Counted from the stretch's first letter, positions 29,994-39,218 are shown. The stretch is 64,000 nucleotides of DNA from an uncultured Dehalococcoidia bacterium (GCA_903844685.1 CAIMUM010000194.1:17292-81291), one strand, 5' to 3'. A program made the numbers and translations. The notes: generated by a model not told the origin, from the letters alone.

Positions 29994-30385
29994 GTTCTGC
30001 CTCCCCTTAAATATTTGTTTATGGATTGCCTGAACCGTACCTTGCCCTATGCAACTACCTCACAATAAATATATGTACCAGTATTTCCCATTTCAACTCG
30101 CAACTAAGCAATTATCATCCTTCACTAACTTTGATTACGATAGTATCCCTCTGCCGCGCGTATGTCAATGCCTCTTCCGGGCTCTCCCGGCCTGACCCAT
30201 CACACTATGGTTTTAGCACAATATAGACCTGAAGCACGAGGAAGGAATAATATTACAGGACTGGTGAGCACAAAGATACTATTCCACCAGACTTACACCC
30301 GCTTTCCCGATAAGGTTATACACATCATTGATAGTGCAAACAAGTTAGTCCTTGCAAACTAGAATGAGTACTCGCTGACAATGGG

Positions 30386-31519
30386 CTAAAGACCAATCTG
30401 CCGGGCAACTATGTCTCTATGGAAGTCTGCATCTCCATAGGCAAGCTCACCAGCCTTGGCACGGCGGAAGTAGAGATGCATGTCATGATCCATGGTAAAG
30501 CCGATCGCGCCAAAAATCTGGTGGGCAAGTACGGCCACACGCTTGAATGCCTCGCTGGTCCAGGCTTTAGCTATGGATACCTCCTTGTCAGCGGGTAATC
30601 CCTCACTGACCGCCCAGGCTGCTTTATAGGTTATAAACCGTGAGCCATCCACATCCGTAACCATATTGGCGCAGTAGTGCTGGATTGCCTGGAAACTGCC
30701 GATGGGACGGTTAAACTGCACCCTTTCCTTGGCATAATTTACCGCCATATCCAGCGAGGCCTGAGCGCCTCCTACCATCTCCGCACACTTGGCCACGGCT
30801 GCCTTCTTTAACAAGGATTGGATTACACTCCAGCCTTTATCCAGATTACCTATAATATGCGCTTTGGGAACACGGACGTTTTCAAGTATAACCTCGCACA
30901 ACTTATCGCGTGCCAGCGTCTTCAGCAGGGTGTATTTAACGCCGGCACTTTTTGCATCGACAATGAAAATAGTGATCCCATCATCCGGATTTGCACTCTT
31001 TTTGGTCCTTGCGACAACTAAAATATAATCGGCAACATTGGCATCGGGCACGAAAAGCTTGGTACCATTCAACACATAGCCATCCCCTTTGGCTTTCGCA
31101 GTGGTATTTATCGATGCGGCATCATAGGTGCCATCCAGTTCCGTAAGCGCGACGGTTATTATCAGCTCCCCCGTGCATATCTTACCCAGATATTCCTTTT
31201 TCTGCTCCTCATTGCCGGCTTCAAGGAGAGTATAACCGGCTAAAACAACTGTTGAAAAGAAAGGACCTGGTACAATGTTATAGCCCATCTCATCGAGGAG
31301 CACCGTCAAATCAAGAAAACTACCCCCGTTGCCCCCGTATTTCTCCGGGAAGGATAGCCCCATCCAGCCCAACTGCGCCATCTTATTCCAAAGGTCCCTG
31401 GAATAACCCGTGTCGCTCTCATCCAGTTCCCGGACCAGCTTCTTGGGGCACTCCTTAGCCAGGAACTCTTGCGCCGATTTCTTTAACATCTCCTGCTCTT
31501 CAGTTAAACCCAGATCCAT
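30386..31519 (-). CDS. Acyl-CoA dehydrogenase family protein (short, 377 aa; possible subunit of heteromeric ACAD)
   Basis: ACAD fold. It starts MDLGLTEEQ and is a paralog of 52886..54019. Confidence 0.8.
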   Translation of the reverse strand: MDLGLTEEQEMLKKSAQEFLAKECPKKLVRELDESDTGYSRDLWNKMAQLGWMGLSFPEKYGGNGGSFLDLTVLLDEMGYNIVPGPFFSTVVLAGYTLLEAGNEEQKKEYLGKICTGELIITVALTELDGTYDAASINTTAKAKGDGYVLNGTKLFVPDANVADYILVVARTKKSANPDDGITIFIVDAKSAGVKYTLLKTLARDKLCEVILENVRVPKAHIIGNLDKGWSVIQSLLKKAAVAKCAEMVGGAQASLDMAVNYAKERVQFNRPIGSFQAIQHYCANMVTDVDGSRFITYKAAWAVSEGLPADKEVSIAKAWTSEAFKRVAVLAHQIFGAIGFTMDHDMHLYFRRAKAGELAYGDADFHRDIVARQIGL

Positions 31520-31572
31520 TTTAACCTCCCTGATTTGTGTATTTAAAAATACCGCTAATGCGTGTGAATAAT

Positions 31573-32769
31573 CTATTTGCGAGGAAGCCCTAACCCTCTC
31601 TGCGCAATGATATTACGCTGGATCTCGGACGTGCCGGCGCCGATAACTGCCGAGATAGAATCAAGGTATCCTACGCTGTACTGCCCACGCATGGGCGCAT
31701 ACTTGGAATCATGTTCCAGCTGTCCATAAATTCCTAATATCTCGGTCCCAACACTGGCCAGCTTCCTGCTTAATTGAGTTGCAAAAAGCTTTAGTACAGA
31801 AGCTTCAATATTGGGCATCTGGTTATTATCCATCATCCAGGCAGTCTTAAAGAAGAAGTTATAGGCAACCTCGATATCAATTGCCAGGTCAGCCAGCTTC
31901 CGGCGCACTGACGGGTTGGCTGACAGCGGTTCCCCGTTCCGGGTAGTCCCCTTGACGTATTTAACCAGTTCATCGAATTGGCGGCGGAAACCGCCAATGG
32001 CAATAGCAAGACGCTCGTAATCCAATGCGACCATGAGATAAAGAAAGCCAAGATTCTTCTCGCCAACTATATTTTTCTTGGGCACACGGACATTGTCGAA
32101 AAACACCTCGTTGAAGGAATGAAAGCCAACAATATTTATTAATGGACGTATCGTTATGCCCGGTGTTTTATTATCTACGATAAATAATGTCGTGCCTTTA
32201 TGAGATGGCACTTTCATGTCCGTCCTGGCCACCATCCAGGCATAATCGGCTATATGCGCTCCACTGCTCCATATCTTTTGCCCGTTAACAATCAGGTCAT
32301 CCCCGTCTTCTACCGCAGTCGTCTGGATAGCCGCCAGGTCTGACCCGGCATTGGGCTCACTGTAGGCCAGCCAGAACCTGAGATTGCCCTTGATAATCCT
32401 GGGTATCCACTCCTTCTTTTGCTCTTCGCTGCCAAAGCGCATGATGGTAGGCGCGGCAATCAATGTGGAGATGTCCGTTCCCGGCGCCCTGTGATAGCTC
32501 AGGCGCTCGGCGAAAATCGCCTGCTCTATGAACGAGTGTCCGCCACCGCCGAGCTCCTTCGGCCAGGCCATAGTCAGCCAGCCCTCCTCACCCATCCTTT
32601 CACGAAAACGGTCTATAGCGGGATCACGCTCTTCGAACTCCAGTATTGCCCCGTATGCCCCCGGCCAGTAGAGGCACCTGTCGGTATACCCGGGAGGCAT
32701 CGCTGACAGGACAAATTGCTCTGCTTTTTGTTGAAAGGCCTTTTCAGTTTCACTTAATTGGAAATCCAT
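31573..32769 (-). CDS. Acyl-CoA dehydrogenase family protein
   Basis: ACAD fold with the C-terminal GTSEIQRNIIAQRGLGLPRK motif. Confidence 0.8.
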   Translation of the reverse strand: MDFQLSETEKAFQQKAEQFVLSAMPPGYTDRCLYWPGAYGAILEFEERDPAIDRFRERMGEEGWLTMAWPKELGGGGHSFIEQAIFAERLSYHRAPGTDISTLIAAPTIMRFGSEEQKKEWIPRIIKGNLRFWLAYSEPNAGSDLAAIQTTAVEDGDDLIVNGQKIWSSGAHIADYAWMVARTDMKVPSHKGTTLFIVDNKTPGITIRPLINIVGFHSFNEVFFDNVRVPKKNIVGEKNLGFLYLMVALDYERLAIAIGGFRRQFDELVKYVKGTTRNGEPLSANPSVRRKLADLAIDIEVAYNFFFKTAWMMDNNQMPNIEASVLKLFATQLSRKLASVGTEILGIYGQLEHDSKYAPMRGQYSVGYLDSISAVIGAGTSEIQRNIIAQRGLGLPRK

Positions 32770-32808
32770 TATATTCCCTCGTTCTACCGTATTAAGAAAT
32801 CAATATGC

Positions 32809-33999
32809 TTATTTCCTTGGCAATCCCAGTCCCCGCATGGCGATGATATTTTTCTGTATCTCGTTGGTCCCTCCTCCAACGCCAATGGACAAAGATGCCA
32901 AATAGCTTCGCGCTATCTCAGCCTGGCCAATTGCCCACTTGGAGCCATTCATCAATTGGCCGTACTTGCCGAGCACTCGCATGCCGACGTCTGTCATACG
33001 CCTCAGCAGCTCGCTGCCAAACAGCATAGCCATCGAAGACTCATAGTTTGAATGGCCGCCCGTTTTGTAAATCCAGGCGATGCGGTAACACAGCATCCTC
33101 GCCACCTCAATTTCAATTGCCATTTCAGCTAATTCATTTCTTAGCGCAGGATCCTCGGATAAAAACCTGCCATTGCGTTTGGTGGACTTTGCATATCCCA
33201 CTAAGAAATCGAGAAGCAACTGATTACCTGCTGCCGTCTGCACACCGGAGCGTTCAAAATCGAGAGCGACAGCCAGCTGGAACCATCCGTTATTTTTTTC
33301 TCCGACAAGGTTCTCCTTAGGGATGCGCACATCATCAAAAAACACTTCGTTGAATGAGTGGCAACCCAAGATATTAATCAAGGGGCGAACCGTGATTCCG
33401 GGGGTTTTCATATCAACAACGAACATGCTCATATTTCTATGCTTGGGAACATCGGGATCGGTTACGGCGGCCAGCCAGCAGTAATCCGCATAATGAGCGT
33501 AGCTGCACCATATTTTTTGGCCGTTGATAATGTACTCATCCCCTTTCTCCGTAGCCCTGGTTTGAAGTGAGGCAAGATCGGAACCCGCGTTAGGTTCGCT
33601 GTAACCGAGACAGAATACGATATCGCCTTTCGCAACCCTGGAGACGTAGTCCTTTTTTTGCTGTTCATTACCGAAATGTTGCAAAGCCATGCCTACCCAG
33701 TTAACCGTTATCTCGGTCTCAACGCCTACTGGTGCATTGTGATAGGTGAGTTCTTCAGCGAGTATCAGCCTTTTGATATGTCCCAGGTCGGCCCCACCAT
33801 ATTCTCTGGGATAAGCGGGAGCAAGCCATCCCTTAACGCCAAGTTTTTTTTGGAATGCCCTGGCAATCTTCCAGGATTCGTCAGTTTCCTGCCAGTAGCC
33901 CGTGGTAAGCTCAAACCAGCGGGGAGGTATATTTGCCTTCAACCAATCCTTGACTTCCTGCCGGAATGCTTCTTCCTCCGCTGTGAATTTGAAATCCAT
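32809..33999 (-). CDS. Acyl-CoA dehydrogenase family protein
   Basis: ACAD fold. The start was set at MDFKFTAEEE behind GGAGGAGG. The track ORF extends 38 codons further upstream without an RBS. Confidence 0.8.
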   Translation of the reverse strand: MDFKFTAEEEAFRQEVKDWLKANIPPRWFELTTGYWQETDESWKIARAFQKKLGVKGWLAPAYPREYGGADLGHIKRLILAEELTYHNAPVGVETEITVNWVGMALQHFGNEQQKKDYVSRVAKGDIVFCLGYSEPNAGSDLASLQTRATEKGDEYIINGQKIWCSYAHYADYCWLAAVTDPDVPKHRNMSMFVVDMKTPGITVRPLINILGCHSFNEVFFDDVRIPKENLVGEKNNGWFQLAVALDFERSGVQTAAGNQLLLDFLVGYAKSTKRNGRFLSEDPALRNELAEMAIEIEVARMLCYRIAWIYKTGGHSNYESSMAMLFGSELLRRMTDVGMRVLGKYGQLMNGSKWAIGQAEIARSYLASLSIGVGGGTNEIQKNIIAMRGLGLPRK

Positions 34000-34122
34000 C
34001 TGGAACCTCCTCCCTGTTATATTACTGATAAATTGGTCTGAATGATGGGATTGTTCAAATAACGGCTGTATCGCATAAAATTCCACACTATATACTGGGT
34101 GCACTGAATTCAAAGAGGAATA

Positions 34123-34580
34123 TTACAGCATTATCAACGTTAATTCAATAATTAATTGAACCTGACCTTGTATATTAAACAAGGTGGCAGAATATCTTCC
34201 GGAGTCAGGGTGTGGCAGGCCTATTTGGCCTGCCACCAATAACGCTACCGCTGATTTCTTCGTTGTCCCGGTTAAAATGGTCTCCGAGGCCGGTGGCTGG
34301 TAATTCCAGGCGCTGTGTGGTCGGATCTGATCATATTCCCTCCGCCACTGGTTAACCAATACCTTCGCCTCTGTCATAGTAGTGAATATTCCCGGTCCAG
34401 TAATTCATCTCGCATCTTCCCATTGAAGGATTCGATGTACCCGTTCTCCCAGGGACTCGCCGGCTCAATAAATAACGTCTTGACTCCCAATGCAGTCAGC
34501 CATTTCCTCACCACCCGCGCCGTAAACTCCGGCCCATTGTCGGAACGGATATGCTCCGGAATACTTCTGAAACCAAACAA
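34123..34580 (-). mobile_element. IS3-family transposase OrfB remnant (C-terminal DDE integrase core, frameshifted, N-terminus and OrfA missing)
   Basis: Two adjacent frames carry IS3-type integrase-core signatures: ...SDNGPEFTARVVRKWL...PASPWENGYIESFNGKMRDELL... and ...WRREYDQIRPHSAWNYQPP.... No inverted repeats or intact orfA were seen. Confidence 0.7.
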
Positions 34581-35406
34581 ATTGATAAACAGGAACTACC
34601 ACAGGCGCCCGCCCTCTCCCAGACCCAAACGCAACACCACACAGCCCGGACACCCGGAGGTCGGTCGCCTATCATCAGCATATCTGCTGGTGAAAACGCT
34701 GAGCCGGTCCTCCCGTACCGCCTTTTTTCCCATGGCGGACCACAATTAGGCAAGCTGACTACTCGCATACCAGCTTCATTTTAAAAAATTTTGTCTAGCT
34801 TTAATTGTTGCCGGAATCTTTATACAATTAACAAATAAGACTGTGACCTGCCCACGATAGTTGTCCCACCTGTTGAGTTAGAGTCATTGCCACTGGAGCT
34901 GCCTTCATGTTTCTATCCATTTTATCTACCTCTCAAGAACCACCACTTCTGAAAAATATAACAAGCTAACTTCGAGGGCAACGGTTCATTGTTGCTATTT
35001 TATGGTTATTCGGTGAACCACAGCGCTAATCTGGTACCACACTCTATCAATAATAGTGAGACGCGATCTGTCGAATAGACCTATTGACGCCTTGGCTATA
35101 TCAAACCAATGCTTTTATCTGGAGTATCTTCCGATCAACATCAGCTCTTCAAATTATCCATGGGCGAGAACTTGTGGTGCTGGGACTCACCGATGCAAAT
35201 TTCATATACTATTGGTTAAAACTAAATGAAAATCCCGGACTTAGATAATAAGAAAGGCAATCCGTTCTCTATATTTGTAATCGATATCTCTTCGAGCTTC
35301 GTTTTTTCCATATAAACTGCTATTTGACCTGAGAACCAGTTTATGTGTCTCCGAAGTGGGCAGTGTAAGATCAAGTTAGCTCTTTATATTTTCAGGAAGA
35401 AATATG

Positions 35407-35745
35407 CTATAAAACTACTTTGCCGAGTTCTTTCAGGCCGGCATCCAGGCCGCGCCCGAACAACTTCAATTTAATCGGCTCACCGTTGCCATATTTTCTA
35501 TATACCTGGCAAACCTGGCAGACGCTGGTATCCCTGCCGGTGGATCCGCGGTTATCGAGCTTGCAATAAGTCCCCTCAATCTCCCAGCAGGGCAAGAACT
35601 GGTACCTGGCAGCAGGGCACTCAGCCTTTATCATTGGCGGGCAATGGCACTTGTCCCAACAAGATTCTTTGCCATACCAGAAGTTGACTTTCGCGGTATC
35701 CTCAACTCCATCAATTGTTCTCGTTTTTACTATTGTTTCTGCCAT
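35407..35745 (-). CDS. Small Cys-rich protein with two CW motifs (two-CW-like domain), co-oriented downstream of the CI-like repressor
   Basis: An AGGAGG RBS lies 8 nt before MAETIVK. Ten Cys residues sit in motifs such as SCWDKCHCPP...ECP...PCWEIEGTYC...CQVCQ. The longer track ORF upstream lacks an RBS. Confidence 0.5.
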   Translation of the reverse strand: MAETIVKTRTIDGVEDTAKVNFWYGKESCWDKCHCPPMIKAECPAARYQFLPCWEIEGTYCKLDNRGSTGRDTSVCQVCQVYRKYGNGEPIKLKLFGRGLDAGLKELGKVVL

Positions 35746-35962
35746 TGTCTTTGCCTCCTGTACTGAATTAGTCCGGCGTTTACTTTTATGCCCTAAATAT
35801 AACATCCGGCTAATTGTGCGCCATCGGCCTGAACGCTTAAATGCATTTGCGCATTTACGCACAGACGGCCGGTAACAGGTCAGCAAAAATGCTTATGTGG
35901 TACTGAATTGGAATTGGGTAGAGCGATGTATCAGGTTAAGGCACTATCTGCCTGTAGTAATG

Positions 35963-36544
35963 CTAATTCAGATGCTTAACAACCCTGACTACCTGGATGA
36001 TGAGGGCGAAGATATCCTCTTTTTTATTGTACGGGGCTATGATCATTTGTTCGCCTTCCATTTTCAGACAAAGATCCCCGGGGGACGGTTGCATATCTTT
36101 TCCGCAGATAATGATATCGCCCTTATGCACGATGTTACCGTACTCCAGATCGCTGGATTTTATGCCTATTAGTTTCATCTCTCTACCTCCATCAACAGCC
36201 AATTCCCTTGGTACAAAGGCATATTCAATTATTTGCTTGCTATCAATATCGGCATATACCGGCACAATTGCCGGCAACGATAATGATAACTCATTAATTA
36301 TTTCATAAGGCGTTTTCTTTAGCAAATCATCTTTCGGCCCTTTTTCCAAAACAAGATTGCTCATTTCATGGACAGAAACTTTTAACGCCCTGGATAACTT
36401 GCTAAGCGATGCTAAGGTTACGGATTTATAATCGCCTTTCTCGATGCGGCAAATAAACGACGGCGAGAGATCAGCCAATTTGGCTAACTCAGCTTGCGAT
36501 AAGCCCCTCTTGGAGCGAGTTTCTTTTACATAGTCACCTAACAT
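35963..36544 (-). CDS. CI/LexA-like repressor: XRE-family HTH + S24 peptidase-like C-terminal domain
   Basis: The HTH is LSQAELAKLADLSPSFICRIEKG. The C-terminal ...KSSDLEYGNIVHKGDIIIC...GEQMIIAPYNKKED resembles the S24 Ser/Lys fold. The start is either the ATG at 36544 (GGAGG 11 nt upstream) or the GTG at 36562. Confidence 0.65.
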   Translation of the reverse strand: MLGDYVKETRSKRGLSQAELAKLADLSPSFICRIEKGDYKSVTLASLSKLSRALKVSVHEMSNLVLEKGPKDDLLKKTPYEIINELSLSLPAIVPVYADIDSKQIIEYAFVPRELAVDGGREMKLIGIKSSDLEYGNIVHKGDIIICGKDMQPSPGDLCLKMEGEQMIIAPYNKKEDIFALIIQVVRVVKHLN

Positions 36545-36572
36545 ATCTTTACCATCCTCCACTAAGCTATTA

Positions 36573-36660
36573 ATTTACCATAGTAAATGTTTTCTGCAAT
36601 TATTGAAAAGGGCTCTAAAACCTATTGATTTTAGTAAATTATTTGTTTAATATAGTAAAC
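36573..36660. promoter_or_regulatory. Divergent control region with three TAGTAAA(T/C) operator-like repeats, one a perfect palindrome (ATTTAC-CATA-GTAAAT)
   Basis: TAGTAAAT occurs at 36581-36588 and 36632-36639, and TAGTAAAC at 36653-36660. The palindrome is at 36573-36588, between the divergent cI-like and cro-like genes. Confidence 0.5.
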
Positions 36661-36882
36661 ATGATACTACAGGCTGAGCTTTACAGGATAATGCAGCAGG
36701 AAAAACTGACCAACGCCAGGCTGGCATCCAAGCTGGGCATTTCCCCTTCGATGCTGTGCCTGGTGCTGATTGGCGATAAAAAGCCAGGCCGGCGTTTCCT
36801 TCAGGGATTAGCCATGCATTATCCCGATATTTGCTTGAAATATTTACGGGATCGAACACCGGCCCAGCCGCAAGGCGGTTAG
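36661..36882 (+). CDS. Small Cro/XRE-like HTH protein (divergent from the CI-like repressor)
   Basis: ...LTNARLASKLGISPSMLCLVLIGDKKPG... is HTH-like. Start alternatives are the TTG at 36625 and the ATG at 36661. Confidence 0.45.
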   Translation: MILQAELYRIMQQEKLTNARLASKLGISPSMLCLVLIGDKKPGRRFLQGLAMHYPDICLKYLRDRTPAQPQGG

Positions 36883-37076
36883 GAAATATGAACCTGAAAC
36901 AATCTTTAACAAGACACCATGCCGCTTTACCCGGATGTGTCTTTACTAAAGTGAATGCCCGTGTTACACGGGGAAGAAACCCGGCGAGCTTATAAAGGTG
37001 TGATCCAACGGTTCCGGGCCTGCGACCTGGCGGGGGCGACCCGGGGACCGTGGAAATAAATAATAGGAGGTTCTTC

Positions 37077-37187
37077 ATGGACGGTAATGAATATATGGTG
37101 GGACTGGTATCTTCTCTGATTGGCGCTTTCATAATTTCTGCCTTCATTGCTGCCTTTTCAATAGTGGTATGGGTGTTGTCATTATGA
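37077..37187 (+). CDS. 36-aa hydrophobic peptide (MDGNEYMVGLVSSLIGAFIISAFIAAFSIVVWVLSL), translationally coupled to the next gene
   Basis: An AGGAGG RBS lies 7 nt upstream. There is a single predicted TM helix. Its TGA stop overlaps the ATG of the downstream ORF (ATGA). Confidence 0.4.
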   Translation: MDGNEYMVGLVSSLIGAFIISAFIAAFSIVVWVLSL

Positions 37188-37564
37188 TAAAGAAATTAGC
37201 TTCCGTAAAAATCGGCGTCCTGGAATTCGTGTACAAGTTCCTCATTGTACTTTTCGTTATCATGCCGGTATGCATGGGCGTATGCTTCTGGATAGGGGTG
37301 CAGGCTGACGCCGCGCTCAATATCCACTTACTGAAGTTCATCATGCCATTCGTCGGTTCAGCAGTGGGCTTTTTCTTCACCGCTCTGCTCATCTTGGCCG
37401 GGCACAAGCAGGAAGCCCCCACCACCACGGAGGAATCAGCCCAACCGTATTCAGACAGACTGGTCAGCAGGCATGTCGAAGCGGCGGAAGCGGCATCACT
37501 GCCGAAGCCATCGATACCGCGCGCCGGCTTCGCCGCGCCATATTCTGTGCAGGGAGGTAAATAG
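37184..37564 (+). CDS. Hypothetical membrane protein (2-3 TM helices, acidic/Ala-rich tail)
   Basis: A hydrophobic N-terminal half is followed by a polar tail. The ATG at 37184 overlaps the upstream peptide's stop. No homology was recognised. Confidence 0.4.
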   Translation: MIKKLASVKIGVLEFVYKFLIVLFVIMPVCMGVCFWIGVQADAALNIHLLKFIMPFVGSAVGFFFTALLILAGHKQEAPTTTEESAQPYSDRLVSRHVEAAEAASLPKPSIPRAGFAAPYSVQGGK

Positions 37565-37570
37565 TACATC

Positions 37571-37981
37571 TTATTTTTCTACCGGGTAACCCGAGTCCAA
37601 CCAGGCGTCGAAATTGCCCTTGAGGGCATACACATTCTTAAAACCTGCATCTTTAAGCAGTTGGGCGCTGTTCAGGGGTGCTCCCGTCCAGTGGCTGTAG
37701 ACTAAATATGTCGCATCCTTGTCCCAACCTGATATTGCCGCTGGAATCTCATCCTTCGGATAATTGACTGCGCCGGGCAAGTGGCCCTTTTCGTAAAAAC
37801 GGGACGACAGATCTATAATGACCACGTCAGTGGTCTTGTCGAGCAGTTGTTTGGCTTCCTGGGGAGTTAGCCACAGCGGTGAGACATCTGACGTGGTATG
37901 CTTGTATGTAAATCCTGCTACCACTACCGCCGCAATCGTGAAAAATATCGCGTAGAATACCATTGCATGTGATGCTTTCAC
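37571..37981 (-). CDS. Membrane-anchored rhodanese-like domain protein (active-site Cys apparently absent)
   Basis: An N-terminal TM helix is followed by the rhodanese fold (…VIIDLSSRFYEKGHLPGAVNYP…). The CX4R loop position reads SHWTGAPLNS. Confidence 0.6.
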   Translation of the reverse strand: MKASHAMVFYAIFFTIAAVVVAGFTYKHTTSDVSPLWLTPQEAKQLLDKTTDVVIIDLSSRFYEKGHLPGAVNYPKDEIPAAISGWDKDATYLVYSHWTGAPLNSAQLLKDAGFKNVYALKGNFDAWLDSGYPVEK

Positions 37982-38556
37982 TGGTTTACTCCTTTTAATT
38001 TAATTCCAGTGTTTCGACCTTTAATAAACCTGGCAGCAACAATCTCCGGAAACCCTTCTCCCATGAAGACCGCTCATATCACCATGCGGTCATTGAATCG
38101 TGTACCTCTGCTTATTGGCATCTGTTCAAGCCGGATATTCACTGGCACCGGCTCAATTCATCTTTATTAAAGTAAACCACATCCCTGAACGATGTACATC
38201 GATTAGTAAGTTTATTATTTTCGGAAATCAGTAAGTTAAAGGCGTACCCCGAAATGCTTAGTTGAATTGCCTACTTACACAATTTACTTTAATAAATCCG
38301 GTTTCTATTACTTGATTAAGAGTTGTACGGTACTGGCATTTGCCGCGGTAATCAAAAATACGACTACAGGAATGAGGCTGAATTATTTCAATTTTGATTA
38401 AGAGATTCCATATTGTAAATCTAACCACCTGCAATGCTGGCACTTCAGGCCATTTCATAATTGAAAACTCCCGGGGCCAAATGACGCTGTTTATTGACCA
38501 GATTATTAACCTCTCCTTATGGATTTGATATAATCGTGTATCTAAAGGAGGTAGCA

Positions 38557-39168
38557 ATGGATCTCTCAGTTTTCGGCATACTTTGGGCTCTAATCGAACG
38601 CGCTTGCCTTGTGCTGGTAGTATTCCTGCTGCTGTTCCATCTGAAGTTCTTTAAGCGTATGGTTGAGCAAAAATTAAATACCCTCGACCAACTGATCCTC
38701 TCAGTATTGTTCGGTTGCTTCGCACTATATGGCACGTATAGCGGGATACAAACTTCAGGAGCAATTGCTAATATCCGCAATGTCGGACCCGTTATGGGAG
38801 GCCTGCTGGGCGGCCCCCTGGTCGGCCTGGGCGCCGGGCTGATCGGCGGTATTCACCGCTATCTGATGGGCGGGTTCACAGCTCTGCCCTGCGCCATCGG
38901 AAGCATTTTGAGCGGGTTGATCGCAGGGGTGTTGTTTATTTTCTGGAAGGGGAAAATCGGCGTCTGGAAACCAACTTTATTCGCCTTTTTAATGGAAATC
39001 GCCGATATGCTGCTGCTGTTATTAATTGCCCAACCATTCGACAATGCATTAAAACTGGTTAGCATAATAGCGGCTCCGATGATACTTGCCAATACTTTCG
39101 CGATAGCGGTATTCGCTTTCCTGCTCAGAGATATGAAATCAGAGCAAACTCAAGGCAATAAAATCTAA
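38557..39168 (+). CDS. Hypothetical polytopic membrane protein (5-6 TM; ECF-S-component/5TM-receptor-like size)
   Basis: An AAGGAGG RBS precedes MDLSVFGILW. It has a Gly-rich TM core. Confidence 0.45.
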   Translation: MDLSVFGILWALIERACLVLVVFLLLFHLKFFKRMVEQKLNTLDQLILSVLFGCFALYGTYSGIQTSGAIANIRNVGPVMGGLLGGPLVGLGAGLIGGIHRYLMGGFTALPCAIGSILSGLIAGVLFIFWKGKIGVWKPTLFAFLMEIADMLLLLLIAQPFDNALKLVSIIAAPMILANTFAIAVFAFLLRDMKSEQTQGNKI

Positions 39169-39218
39169 ACAAAGCTGATTACTGGTTGCTACGGGATTGC
39201 CGTGAGAATGGCTTAAGG

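Noticed and set aside
34551-34784. 77-aa plus-strand ORF next to the IS remnant, plus minus-strand ORFs 34465..34653 and 34508..34768
   Set aside because: They overlap one another in degenerate DNA beside the transposase fragment and have no RBS or domain signal.
36890-37075. Assignment of the GC-rich leader to a specific riboswitch class (ZTP/pfl, guanidine-II/III, fluoride)
   Set aside because: The consensus elements I could recall for these classes do not match convincingly. I kept it only as an unclassified structured leader.
36647-37147. 166-aa minus-strand ORF spanning the cro-like gene and the GC-rich leader
   Set aside because: It overlaps two better-supported plus-strand features, has no RBS and its composition is typical of antisense GC-rich sequence.
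38258-38557. 99-aa minus-strand ORF in the AT-rich gap before the membrane-protein gene
   Set aside because: It lies in AT-rich intergenic DNA, has no RBS and overlaps the RBS of 38557..39168.
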